Positions 22,200 to 30,391 of a stretch of 64,000 nt of DNA are shown in pieces. The stretch comes from an uncultured Cetobacterium sp. (GTDB lineage: Bacteria > Fusobacteriota > Fusobacteriia > Fusobacteriales > Fusobacteriaceae), in the NCBI GenBank assembly GCA_900766645.1, contig CAAFWD010000215.1, positions 215 to 64,214 of the forward strand. The letters are read 5' to 3'. Each line of letters opens with the position of its first letter. Position 1 is the first letter of the stretch. Under the pieces are notes generated by a model that worked only from the letters and a program-made list of their open reading frames with translations, was not told the origin of the DNA and did not search any database. Made by a program: the position numbers and the translations under genes.

Positions 22200-23072
22200 A
22201 TGACATTTCAAGAGATGATATTTGCTCTTCAACAGTATTGGAGTTCAAAAGGATGTATCATTGGAAATCCATATGACATAGAAACAGGAGCAGGAACATT
22301 TAACCCAAATACATTTTTAATGTCTTTAGGACCAGAGCCTTGGAACGTGGCATATGTGGAGCCATCAAGAAGACCTAAGGATGGAAGATATGGAGAAAAC
22401 CCAAATAGAGTTTATCAACATCATCAATTTCAAGTAATAATGAAACCATCGCCAGATAATATTCAAGAGTTATATCTTGAATCATTAAAAGTTTTAGGGA
22501 TTGATCCATTAAAGCATGATATTCGTTTTGTTGAGGATGATTGGGAATCACCAACATTAGGAGCATGGGGATTAGGATGGGAAGTATGGTTAGATGGAAT
22601 GGAAGTAACTCAATTTACATATTTCCAACAAGTTGGAGGATTAGAGTTAGATATAGTTCCAGTGGAAATAACTTATGGACTAGAAAGATTAGCTCTTTAT
22701 ATTCAAAATAAAGAAAATGTATATGATTTAGAGTGGGCTCCAGGAATAAAATATGGAGAGATGAGATATCAATACGAATATGAGAATTCAAAATATTCAT
22801 TTGAAGTAGCAGATTTAGACAGCCATTTCAGATGGTTTGATGATTTTGAAAAGGAAGCAGATAGAGCATTAAACGAAAATTTAGTTATACCAGCTTATGA
22901 CTATGTTTTAAAATGTTCTCACACATTCAATGTTCTTGACTCAAGAGGTGCAATCTCAACAACAGAGAGAATGGCATACATTTTAAGAGTTAGAAACCTA
23001 GCAAAGAGATGTGCAGAAATATTTGTACAAAATAGAAAAGAACTAGGATACCCTTTACTTAAGAAGAAGTAA
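22200..23072 (+). CDS. glyQ: Glycine-tRNA ligase alpha subunit
   Basis: [40 protein letters not shown]. Confidence 0.98.
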   Translation: MTFQEMIFALQQYWSSKGCIIGNPYDIETGAGTFNPNTFLMSLGPEPWNVAYVEPSRRPKDGRYGENPNRVYQHHQFQVIMKPSPDNIQELYLESLKVLGIDPLKHDIRFVEDDWESPTLGAWGLGWEVWLDGMEVTQFTYFQQVGGLELDIVPVEITYGLERLALYIQNKENVYDLEWAPGIKYGEMRYQYEYENSKYSFEVADLDSHFRWFDDFEKEADRALNENLVIPAYDYVLKCSHTFNVLDSRGAISTTERMAYILRVRNLAKRCAEIFVQNRKELGYPLLKKK

Positions 23073-23096
23073 AAGGAAAAAAGAGGAGGAATAGAA

Positions 23097-25172
23097 GTGA
23101 GATTACTTTTTGAAATAGGAATGGAAGAATTACCAGCAAGATTCCTTGTTCAAACTCTAAAAGAGATGAAGGAAAACTTAGAAGGTAAATTAAAAGATAA
23201 AAGAGTTAAATTTGATGAGATAAAAACATTTGGAACACCAAGAAGATTAGTTGTTTTAGTTGAGGGATTATCAGAGACTCAAGAGGACTTAGATATTTTA
23301 AATATGGGTCCAGCTAAACAAGTAGCTTTTGGTGAAAACGGAGAAATTTCGAGAGCAGGACTTGGATTTGCTAAATCTCAAGGAGTAGAAGCTACGGATT
23401 TAGAAATAGTTGAAACTCCAAAAGGTGAATACATAGCTGTCAGAAAATTTTTAAAAGGTGAAGCTACAAAAACTTTACTATCAGATCTATTAAAAGAATT
23501 AGTTTTAGAGATTAATTTCCCTAAGTCAATGAAATGGGGAGAGAAAAAGTTAAGATTTGCTAGACCTATTCAATGGTTCTTAGCATTAGTGGATGAAGAA
23601 GTAGTAGAGTTTGAAATAGAAGGAATCAAAAGTGGAAAAACTTCAAGAGGACATAGATTTTTTGGATCTAACTTTGAAGTTAATACAGTGGATGAGTATT
23701 TCGAAAAAATAAAAGAGAACAATGTAATTGTTGATATTGAAGAGAGAAAAAATCTTATAAAAACACTTATAAAAGAGAATTGTGAAGATGCAAATGAGAA
23801 GGTTCTTATAGATGAAGAGTTATTAAACGAGGTTACAAACTTAGTTGAGTACCCATATCCAATAGTTGGAACATTTAATTCAGATTTCTTAGAAGTTCCT
23901 CAAGATGTATTAATTATATCTATGCAAGTTCACCAAAGATATTTCCCAATTTTAGATTCAGAAGGTAAACTTCTGCCTAAATTTGTAGTTATCAGAAATG
24001 GAATTGAAAATTCTGATCAAGTAAGAACAGGAAATGAGAAAGTTCTTTCTGCTAGATTAGCAGATGCTAGATTCTTCTACCATGAAGATTTAAAGAAGCC
24101 TTTAATAGAAAATGTAGAAAAGCTAAAGAATGTAGTTTTCCAAAAGGATTTAGGAACTATTTATAATAAAATAGAAAGAGCTCAAAAAGTAGCTGAATAC
24201 TTAGTGGATACAATTGGAATGGAAGAGAGAAAAGAAAATGTCTTAAGAACTCTTTTACTTTCTAAAGCGGATCTTGTTTCAAACATGATTGGAGAAAAAG
24301 AATTTACAAAACTTCAAGGATTTATGGGAGCAGATTATGCTTTAAAATCTGGTGAAGATGAGGCAGTAGCTAAAGGAATAGAGGAACACTACTATCCAAG
24401 ATACCAGGGAGACGTATTACCTAAAGGAATCGAAGGAATTGTAGCTGGAATCTGTGATAGATTAGACACATTGTGTGGATGTTTTGGAGTAGGAATAATT
24501 CCAAGCGGATCTAAAGATCCATTTGCTTTAAGAAGAGCAGCATTAGGAATTGTTAATATAATACTTGAGGCAAACTTAAATATATCTTTAGAGGCTCTTG
24601 TTGAAAAATCATTATCTACTTTAGAGGAATCTGGAGTATTAAAAAGAGATAAAACAGAAGTTAAAACAGAAGTTATGGACTTCTTTAAGCAAAGAGCACT
24701 TAATGTATTTACAGAAATGGGATATCCTAAAGATGTTGTATCAGCAGTGGTTGACAAAAACTATGATAACTTAGTTGAAACTTTATTAAAAATAAAATCT
24801 GTAGATGAGTTTACAAAAATGGATAGCTTTAACAACTTAGTTGCTTTAATGAAGAGAGTTGGAAATATTTCTAAAGGATTCGCTGGTGACATTGTAGATC
24901 CGTCTTTATTAAAAGAAGAGGTTGAAAAAGAGTTATTTGAAAAAACTAATGAAGTATCAAGACTAGCTGAAGAAAAATTAAATGAAAAAGATTATATTGG
25001 ATATTTAAATACTATTTTAACAACTGAAGATGTTATAAATAGATATTTTGAGTCTATAATGGTTATGGATAAAGATGAATCTATAAAAAATAATAGATTA
25101 TCTCAACTTAATGTTATAGGTGATATCTTTAATAAAATTGTTAACTTAACTTTAATTGAAGAAAAAAAATAG
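23097..25172 (+). CDS. glyS: Glycine-tRNA ligase beta subunit
   Basis: LFEIGMEELP, TPRRL, HQRYF, GNEKVLSARLADA, GSKDPFALRR, NRL. Confidence 0.97.
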   Translation: MRLLFEIGMEELPARFLVQTLKEMKENLEGKLKDKRVKFDEIKTFGTPRRLVVLVEGLSETQEDLDILNMGPAKQVAFGENGEISRAGLGFAKSQGVEATDLEIVETPKGEYIAVRKFLKGEATKTLLSDLLKELVLEINFPKSMKWGEKKLRFARPIQWFLALVDEEVVEFEIEGIKSGKTSRGHRFFGSNFEVNTVDEYFEKIKENNVIVDIEERKNLIKTLIKENCEDANEKVLIDEELLNEVTNLVEYPYPIVGTFNSDFLEVPQDVLIISMQVHQRYFPILDSEGKLLPKFVVIRNGIENSDQVRTGNEKVLSARLADARFFYHEDLKKPLIENVEKLKNVVFQKDLGTIYNKIERAQKVAEYLVDTIGMEERKENVLRTLLLSKADLVSNMIGEKEFTKLQGFMGADYALKSGEDEAVAKGIEEHYYPRYQGDVLPKGIEGIVAGICDRLDTLCGCFGVGIIPSGSKDPFALRRAALGIVNIILEANLNISLEALVEKSLSTLEESGVLKRDKTEVKTEVMDFFKQRALNVFTEMGYPKDVVSAVVDKNYDNLVETLLKIKSVDEFTKMDSFNNLVALMKRVGNISKGFAGDIVDPSLLKEEVEKELFEKTNEVSRLAEEKLNEKDYIGYLNTILTTEDVINRYFESIMVMDKDESIKNNRLSQLNVIGDIFNKIVNLTLIEEKK

Positions 25173-25202
25173 TTGACAAATATATACGATAAAGTATATA
25201 AT
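25173..25202 (+). promoter_or_regulatory. sigma70 promoter of the metK leader
   Basis: TTGACA-18 bp-TATAAT immediately after glyS stop. Confidence 0.75.
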
Positions 25203-25220
25203 TATCACATAAAAAAACAA

Positions 25221-25303
25221 ATCATCAAGAGAAACTGAGGGACTGGCCCTATGACGTTTCAGCAACCTACCTAAGAGGTGTGGTGCTAATTCCAGAAAGA
25301 TGA
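25221..25303 (+). ncRNA. SAM-I riboswitch aptamer (compact, no P4 helix)
   Basis: TCATCAAGAG...GAGGGACTGGCCC.ATGA...CAGCAACC...GGTGCTAATTCC.AGAAAGATGA; upstream of metK. Confidence 0.93.
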
Positions 25304-25321
25304 CTTATTAAAGAGCATTCA

Positions 25322-25360
25322 AGGCCTTTTATCTTTCTGGATAAAAGGCTTTTTTATTTT
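25322..25360 (+). terminator. SAM riboswitch expression-platform terminator
   Basis: GCCTTTTATC-TTTCTG-GATAAAAGGC followed by T run. Confidence 0.88.
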
Positions 25361-25391
25361 TCTTGATGATCATAAATAGGAGGAAAAATAA

Positions 25392-26546
25392 ATGAAAAAT
25401 TTAATTTACTTTACATCAGAGTGTGTATCACCAGGACATCCAGATAAAATAGCAGACCAAATATCAGATGCTGTATTAGATGCTTGTATAAAAAATGATC
25501 CGGCAGCGAGAGTTGCATGTGAGGTATTCTGTACAACTGGACAGGTTGTTGTAGGAGGAGAGATTACAACAACAACATATATTGATATTCAAAATATAGT
25601 AAGAAGTAAAATAGAAGAGATTGGATATAGAACAGGAATGGGATTTGATGCTGATTGTGGAGTTTTAAATGCAATTCACTCTCAATCTCCAGATATTGCT
25701 ATGGGAGTAGATGTAGGAGGAGCAGGAGACCAAGGAATAATGTTCGGAGGAGCAGTAAAAGAAACTCCAGAATTAATGCCATTAGCATTAGTTTTATCAA
25801 GAGAAATATTAGTAAGATTAACAAAAATGACAAGAAGTGGAGAGATCACTTGGGCTAGACCTGATGCAAAATCACAGGTAACTTTAGCATATACTCCAGA
25901 AGGAGAAATTGTTGGGGTAGATACAGTAGTAGTGTCAGTACAACATAATCCAGATGTAACTCAAGAACAGATTCATAAAGACGTTAAAGAGTTAGTAATA
26001 AAACCAGTTTTAGAAAAATATAATTTAAACTCAGAAGAAGTAAAAAATTATCATATAAACCCAACAGGAAGATTCGTAATCGGAGGACCTCATGGGGATA
26101 CAGGATTAACAGGAAGAAAAATAATTGTGGATACTTACGGAGGATTCTTTAGACATGGTGGAGGAGCTTTCTCTGGAAAAGACCCTTCTAAAGTTGATAG
26201 ATCAGCAGCATATGCAGCGAGATGGGTTGCTAAAAATATAGTTGCAGCAGATTTAGCTGATAAATGTGAAGTTCAGTTATCATATGCAATTGGAGTAGTA
26301 GAACCAACATCTGTAAAAGTAGATACATTTGGGACAGGAAAAGTAGATGAAATCAAATTAGCAGAAGTTATAAAAGAAGTCTTTGATTTAACTCCTAGAG
26401 GAATTGAAAGAGATTTAGAATTAAGAACTGGAAACTTTAATTATCAAGATTTAGCAGCTTTTGGACATATAGGAAGAACAGATTTAGATTTACCTTGGGA
26501 AAGAACAAATAAAGTTGAGTTAATAAAAGAATTATTAGCAAAATAA
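25392..26546 (+). CDS. metK: S-adenosylmethionine synthetase
   Basis: FTSE...[39 protein letters not shown]. Confidence 0.98.
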   Translation: MKNLIYFTSECVSPGHPDKIADQISDAVLDACIKNDPAARVACEVFCTTGQVVVGGEITTTTYIDIQNIVRSKIEEIGYRTGMGFDADCGVLNAIHSQSPDIAMGVDVGGAGDQGIMFGGAVKETPELMPLALVLSREILVRLTKMTRSGEITWARPDAKSQVTLAYTPEGEIVGVDTVVVSVQHNPDVTQEQIHKDVKELVIKPVLEKYNLNSEEVKNYHINPTGRFVIGGPHGDTGLTGRKIIVDTYGGFFRHGGGAFSGKDPSKVDRSAAYAARWVAKNIVAADLADKCEVQLSYAIGVVEPTSVKVDTFGTGKVDEIKLAEVIKEVFDLTPRGIERDLELRTGNFNYQDLAAFGHIGRTDLDLPWERTNKVELIKELLAK

Positions 26547-26580
26547 AATAAAAAGGGAGAGATTATCTCCCTTTTTATTT
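26547..26580 (+). terminator. Intrinsic terminator after metK
   Basis: AATAAAAAGGGAGA-GATTA-TCTCCCTTTTTATT. Confidence 0.85.
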
Positions 26581-26691
26581 TTATATCTTTCCTTTCTATA
26601 AGGTATCTATATTCTATATATATGCTGGCTAAATTTAACCAAACTTTGTTAACTTTTAGCCAGGGCTTGGTCAAAATAGACAGAGTTTTTA

Positions 26692-26721
26692 TTGACACAA
26701 ATTACACTAAAGTGGTAAACT
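26692..26721 (+). promoter_or_regulatory. Putative promoter of ArsC-family gene
   Basis: TTGACA-18 bp-TAAACT with extended -10 TGn. Confidence 0.6.
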
Positions 26722-26748
26722 TAAGAAAAAATAAAAGGAGGAGAAGTT

Positions 26749-27105
26749 ATGAAATATTTATTTTTAAACTACCCTAAATGTTCAACATGTGTGAAAGCTA
26801 AAAAATGGCTAGAGGAGAATAATATTGATTTTGAATCTAGACATATAGTTGAAAATAATCCTACAAAAGAGGAATTAAAAGAGTATTTAAAAAAGAGTGG
26901 TCAACCAATAAAAAAATTCTTTAATACAAGTGGGATTCTTTATAGAGAGATGAAATTAAAAGATAAAGTAGCAGAAGGGAATGAGGATGAGTTATTGGAA
27001 ATTTTATCTACAAATGGGATGCTTGTAAAAAGACCGCTGTTAATATCTGATGAAAATGTTTTGATTGGATTTAAAGAAAATGAATGGGAAAAAATAAAGA
27101 AATAA
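26749..27105 (+). CDS. ArsC/Spx-family protein (YusI-like)
   Basis: YPKCSTC.KA.KWL, FFNTSG..YR, MLVKRPL, GF.E..W. Confidence 0.9.
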   Translation: MKYLFLNYPKCSTCVKAKKWLEENNIDFESRHIVENNPTKEELKEYLKKSGQPIKKFFNTSGILYREMKLKDKVAEGNEDELLEILSTNGMLVKRPLLISDENVLIGFKENEWEKIKK

Positions 27106-27119
27106 AAATAAAAAAGTTG

Positions 27120-27148
27120 TTGACATTTTTTAGAACTTATGGTACTAT
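27120..27148 (+). promoter_or_regulatory. tRNA operon promoter
   Basis: TTGACA-17 bp-TACTAT with extended -10 TGn and A-rich upstream tract. Confidence 0.7.
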
Positions 27149-27180
27149 AATTTAGTAGCAACGACGCAACAAGCAGAGTT

Positions 27181-27255
27181 GCCCCGTTCGTTCAGTGGTA
27201 AGGACAATAGATTTTCACTCTATAAACAGGGGTTCGATTCCCCTACGGGGTACCA
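27181..27255 (+). tRNA. tRNA-Glu(TTC)
   Basis: Acceptor GCCCCGT/ACGGGGT, anticodon stem ATAGA/TCTAT with loop TT-TTC-AC, GGTTCGA T arm, encoded CCA. Confidence 0.93.
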
Positions 27256-27257
27256 TT

Positions 27258-27333
27258 GGGGATATAGCTCAGTTGGGAGAGCGACGCACTTGCACTGCGT
27301 AGGTCAGCGGTTCGACTCCGCTTATCTCCACCA
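27258..27333 (+). tRNA. tRNA-Ala(TGC)
   Basis: Acceptor GGGGATA/TATCTCC with G3:U70, anticodon loop CT-TGC-AC, CCA end. Confidence 0.96.
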
Positions 27334-27335
27334 TC

Positions 27336-27412
27336 GCCTAGATAGCTCAGTTGGCTAGAGCACTCGGTTCATACCCGAGCGGTCGAAGGTTCGAATCCTT
27401 TTCTAGGCACCA
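27336..27412 (+). tRNA. tRNA-Met(CAT), probably elongator
   Basis: Acceptor GCCTAGA/TCTAGGC fully paired (not initiator-like), loop TT-CAT-AC; lacks the C4-G69/C5-G68 pattern typical of tRNA-Ile2. Confidence 0.88.
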
Positions 27413-27422
27413 TTTGATTTCT

Positions 27423-27447
27423 AAACACTCTTATGAGTGTTTTTTTT
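27423..27447 (+). terminator. tRNA operon terminator
   Basis: AAACACTC-TTAT-GAGTGTTT followed by T run. Confidence 0.85.
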
Positions 27448-27450
27448 ATA

Positions 27451-27477
27451 ACTTTATATAACTTTTTTCTGTAAACT
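27451..27477. other. Candidate dif-like Xer recombination site
   Basis: ACTTTATATAA-CTTTT-TTCTGTAAACT; arms resemble Firmicute dif arms ACTTCCTA(T/G)AA and TTATGTAAACT; sits at the strand-bias switch; spacer is 5 rather than 6 bp. Confidence 0.4.
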
Positions 27478-27485
27478 TAATGAAT

Positions 27486-27509
27486 AAGAAGACTTTGTCT
27501 TCTTTTTTT
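27486..27509 (+). terminator. Second + oriented terminator-like hairpin
   Basis: AAGAAGAC-TTT-GTCTTCTT followed by T run. Confidence 0.6.
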
Positions 27510-27517
27510 ATTTTAAA

Positions 27518-27548
27518 TTAAAAGAGGGAACTAAACTCCCTCTTTTAA
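27518..27548 (-). terminator. Terminator of P-type ATPase gene (symmetrical)
   Basis: TTAAAAGAGGGA-ACTAAAC-TCCCTCTTTTAA. Confidence 0.8.
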
Positions 27549-27551
27549 TAA

Positions 27552-30164
27552 TTATGATTCTTTACTATATTTTATATGTTTTAATATTTGAATTATTACT
27601 GTTGGTATAAAAGCAAGTGTAGTTATTTCTACAAAATTCATCACACTTAAATCTGTTACAGCAAACATTCCATGGAATGCTGGTACCAATAATACAGAAT
27701 ATAATAAAACTGTTCCTAGTACAAATGCATATATACTATACATATTATTAGTAAATCCTAACTTTATAACTGATCCATTTCCTCTACAATTAAATCCATG
27801 AAACAGTCTTGCTAAGCACAGAGTTGAAAATGCCATTGTACTGCCAAGACCTGCACTTCCTCCATCTAGTCCTAGATAAAACGCTATCATTGTTGCTACT
27901 GCAATTAATCCACCTTCCATTAAAATCCTTCCAGATAATTTCTTATCTAATAATGGTGCTGAAGGGTCTCTTGGTTTCTCATTTAGAACATCATTATGTG
28001 ATGGTTCCATCCCTATCGCAATTGCTGGCAAACTATCTGTCAACAAATTAATAAATAATAGATGAACTGGAGCAAATATCACTGGCAATCCCATTAACGA
28101 TGAATAAAATACAGCTAAAATTCCCGCCATATTTCCTGACAATAAAAATCTTATGGAATTTTTTATGTTAGCGTATAAGTTTCTTCCAGTTATAACAGAT
28201 TTTACAATAGTTGAAAAGTTATCATCTGCTAATATCATTGATGCTGCATCTTTTGAAACCTCTGTTCCTGTTATTCCCATAGCTATCCCTACATCTGCTT
28301 TCTTTAAAGCAGGTGCATCATTTACTCCATCTCCAGTCATAGCACAAATTTTTCCTAATCTTTGCCAAGCTGAAACTATTCTTATTTTATGCTCTGGTGA
28401 TACTCTTGCATATACAGATACTTTTGGAACATGCTTTATCAATTCTTCATCACTCATATGCTCAATCTCTATACCATTTAACGTTTCGTCTCCATCTTTG
28501 TATATTCCAATCTCTTTTGCAATAGCCTTCGCAGTTATTTTGTAATCTCCTGTTATCATAACAGGTTTTATCCCTGCTCTAATACACTCTTCAACTGCCT
28601 CTTTAGATTCTAATCTCGGAGGATCAATCATACTTATTAGCCCTATAAAAATAAAATCATTTTCATCTTCTAAAGTTATATCTCTATCACTATTTATATC
28701 TTTAACTGCAAAAGCTAATACTCTTAATCCGTTTTCAGCGTATCCAATGTTTGCTTTCTTTATCTTTTCTCTTTTTTGAGAAGTCATTTCAATAAGTTGA
28801 TCATTTTCTCCTAAGATATATTTAGATTTTTCTATTACTACATCTGGTGCACCCTTAGTTACCATAATATATTTGTCTTTTGTTTTATGAAGAGTACTCA
28901 TAAGTTTTCTATCTGAATCAAATGGTAACTCTTTTAATCTAGGATATTCTTCTCTTATTTCTTTGTCTGAATATCCATATAAAATACCTAAATTTATCAG
29001 TGCAATCTCTGTTGGATCCCCAACTTCTTGCCCTCCTTCACAAGTTGCATCACTACATAAAATGGCACTCTTCAACAATCTTCTTTCTAATTCATCATCT
29101 AAAGAGATCTCTTCGGCCTTTGTATTCTCATCATTAACAAAAATATTTTTTACTGTCATCTTATTTTGTGTCAAAGTTCCTGTTTTATCTGAACAAATAA
29201 CTGAAACACTTCCTAAAGATTCAACAGAATGTAATTTTTTTACTATTGCATTTTCTTTTGCCATTTTTTGAGTTCCAATAGCCAAAACTATTGTAACTAT
29301 CGAGCTTAACGCTTCTGGAATAGCCGCCACTGCTAAAGCAACCGCAAACATTAATGCATCTAAAGTAGCAATTCCTCTATATAGGCTCATAAAAAATACA
29401 ACAATACATAAAATTATTATTCCTATTGATAGTTTTTTCCCAAAATTCTCTAATGCTTTTTGAAGAGGTGTTGAACTATCTTCTGTTTCATCAAGCAAAG
29501 ATGCTATTTTCCCTAATTCTGTCTTCATTCCTATAGATGTTACAACCAAAACTGCTCTCCCGTAAGTAACTAGACTTCCTGAAAAGACCATATTCTTTTG
29601 ATCTCCCAATGCTAATTTTTCATCTGGCATTATTTTATCTGTCTTTTCTACACTTTCAGACTCTCCTGTTAGAGAACTTTCATTCACCATCAATGAGTAA
29701 GATTGAATAACTCTAGCATCACTTGGTATAACGTCCCCCGCTTCAACAAATACAATATCTCCTGGTAAAAGATCTGCTGAATCTATCTCTTGTTTTTGTC
29801 CATCTCTTATTACTGTAGCTTTTGGTGATGAAAGCTTCTTTAAACTTTCTAAAGATTCCTCAGCTTTCATATGTTGAACTGTTCCTAAAACGGCATTTAA
29901 AATTAATACCACTAAAATTACTAAAGTACTCTCTTTATTTCCTGATATAAAAGATATTCCTGCTGCAACTAAAAGTATCATAACTAAAAAATCTTTAAAT
30001 TGCTCTAAGAATACAGCCAATATTCCTTTTTTTTCTCCCTCATTCAGCTTATTTTTTCCATATTCTTTTTCTAGTTCTTGTAATTGTGAACTTTTTAATC
30101 CTTGTTCTGAAGTTTTAAACAAAGATAATATGCTGCTCTTCTCTTCTGAATATAAATGTTTCAT
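27552..30164 (-). CDS. P2-type cation-transporting ATPase (Ca2+/Mn2+ family)
   Basis: TGES, IPEAL, DKTGTLT, KGAPD, TGDGVNDAP, INLLTD; ATG at 30164 follows GGAGG (ORF-track start 30176 is probably too early). Confidence 0.93.
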   Translation of the reverse strand: MKHLYSEEKSSILSLFKTSEQGLKSSQLQELEKEYGKNKLNEGEKKGILAVFLEQFKDFLVMILLVAAGISFISGNKESTLVILVVLILNAVLGTVQHMKAEESLESLKKLSSPKATVIRDGQKQEIDSADLLPGDIVFVEAGDVIPSDARVIQSYSLMVNESSLTGESESVEKTDKIMPDEKLALGDQKNMVFSGSLVTYGRAVLVVTSIGMKTELGKIASLLDETEDSSTPLQKALENFGKKLSIGIIILCIVVFFMSLYRGIATLDALMFAVALAVAAIPEALSSIVTIVLAIGTQKMAKENAIVKKLHSVESLGSVSVICSDKTGTLTQNKMTVKNIFVNDENTKAEEISLDDELERRLLKSAILCSDATCEGGQEVGDPTEIALINLGILYGYSDKEIREEYPRLKELPFDSDRKLMSTLHKTKDKYIMVTKGAPDVVIEKSKYILGENDQLIEMTSQKREKIKKANIGYAENGLRVLAFAVKDINSDRDITLEDENDFIFIGLISMIDPPRLESKEAVEECIRAGIKPVMITGDYKITAKAIAKEIGIYKDGDETLNGIEIEHMSDEELIKHVPKVSVYARVSPEHKIRIVSAWQRLGKICAMTGDGVNDAPALKKADVGIAMGITGTEVSKDAASMILADDNFSTIVKSVITGRNLYANIKNSIRFLLSGNMAGILAVFYSSLMGLPVIFAPVHLLFINLLTDSLPAIAIGMEPSHNDVLNEKPRDPSAPLLDKKLSGRILMEGGLIAVATMIAFYLGLDGGSAGLGSTMAFSTLCLARLFHGFNCRGNGSVIKLGFTNNMYSIYAFVLGTVLLYSVLLVPAFHGMFAVTDLSVMNFVEITTLAFIPTVIIQILKHIKYSKES

Positions 30165-30200
30165 AAACTCCTCCATTTAATTTTAATAAAATTATAAAAT

Positions 30201-30246
30201 AAAAAAAGACTTTTAGCGTAGGCAAAAAACCTACGCTAAAAGTCTT
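30201..30246 (-). terminator. Riboswitch-controlled terminator upstream of the ATPase
   Basis: Minus strand AAGACTTTTAGCGTAGG-TTTTTTG-CCTACGCTAAAAGTCTT followed by T run; 5' arm overlaps aptamer 3' strand. Confidence 0.9.
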
Positions 30247-30325
30247 GTTACCTTACTATTTAAGGTGTATGATACCAGGCTTTTGGCCGTGATGTTGATA
30301 CCACACTTACAACTACTCCCTCTCA
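30237..30325 (-). ncRNA. yybP-ykoY (Mn2+) riboswitch
   Basis: Minus strand GAGAGGGAGTAGTT...ATCAACATCACGGC-CAAAA-GCCTGG...AACAAGACTTTT; typical position upstream of a P-type ATPase. Confidence 0.85.
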
Positions 30326-30355
30326 GCATAACTGATAAGTATTCATTTTATAAAA

Positions 30356-30384
30356 AGTATATACTTTCTTTTTTTTATTGTCAA
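30356..30384 (-). promoter_or_regulatory. sigma70 promoter of riboswitch-ATPase transcript
   Basis: TTGACA-17 bp-TATACT on minus strand. Confidence 0.8.
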
Positions 30385-30391
30385 TATTTTT

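Noticed and set aside
26444..26698. 84-aa minus-strand ORF crossing the palindrome array and the metK 3' end
   Set aside because: No RBS, overlaps metK and its terminator; a faint resemblance to replication-protein low-complexity segments (IYIEYRY) is too weak to call.
27181..27550. Prophage or island integrated at the tRNA cluster; CRISPR or IS elements anywhere in the window
   Set aside because: No integrase or transposase, no duplicated tRNA 3' end and no regularly spaced repeats were seen.
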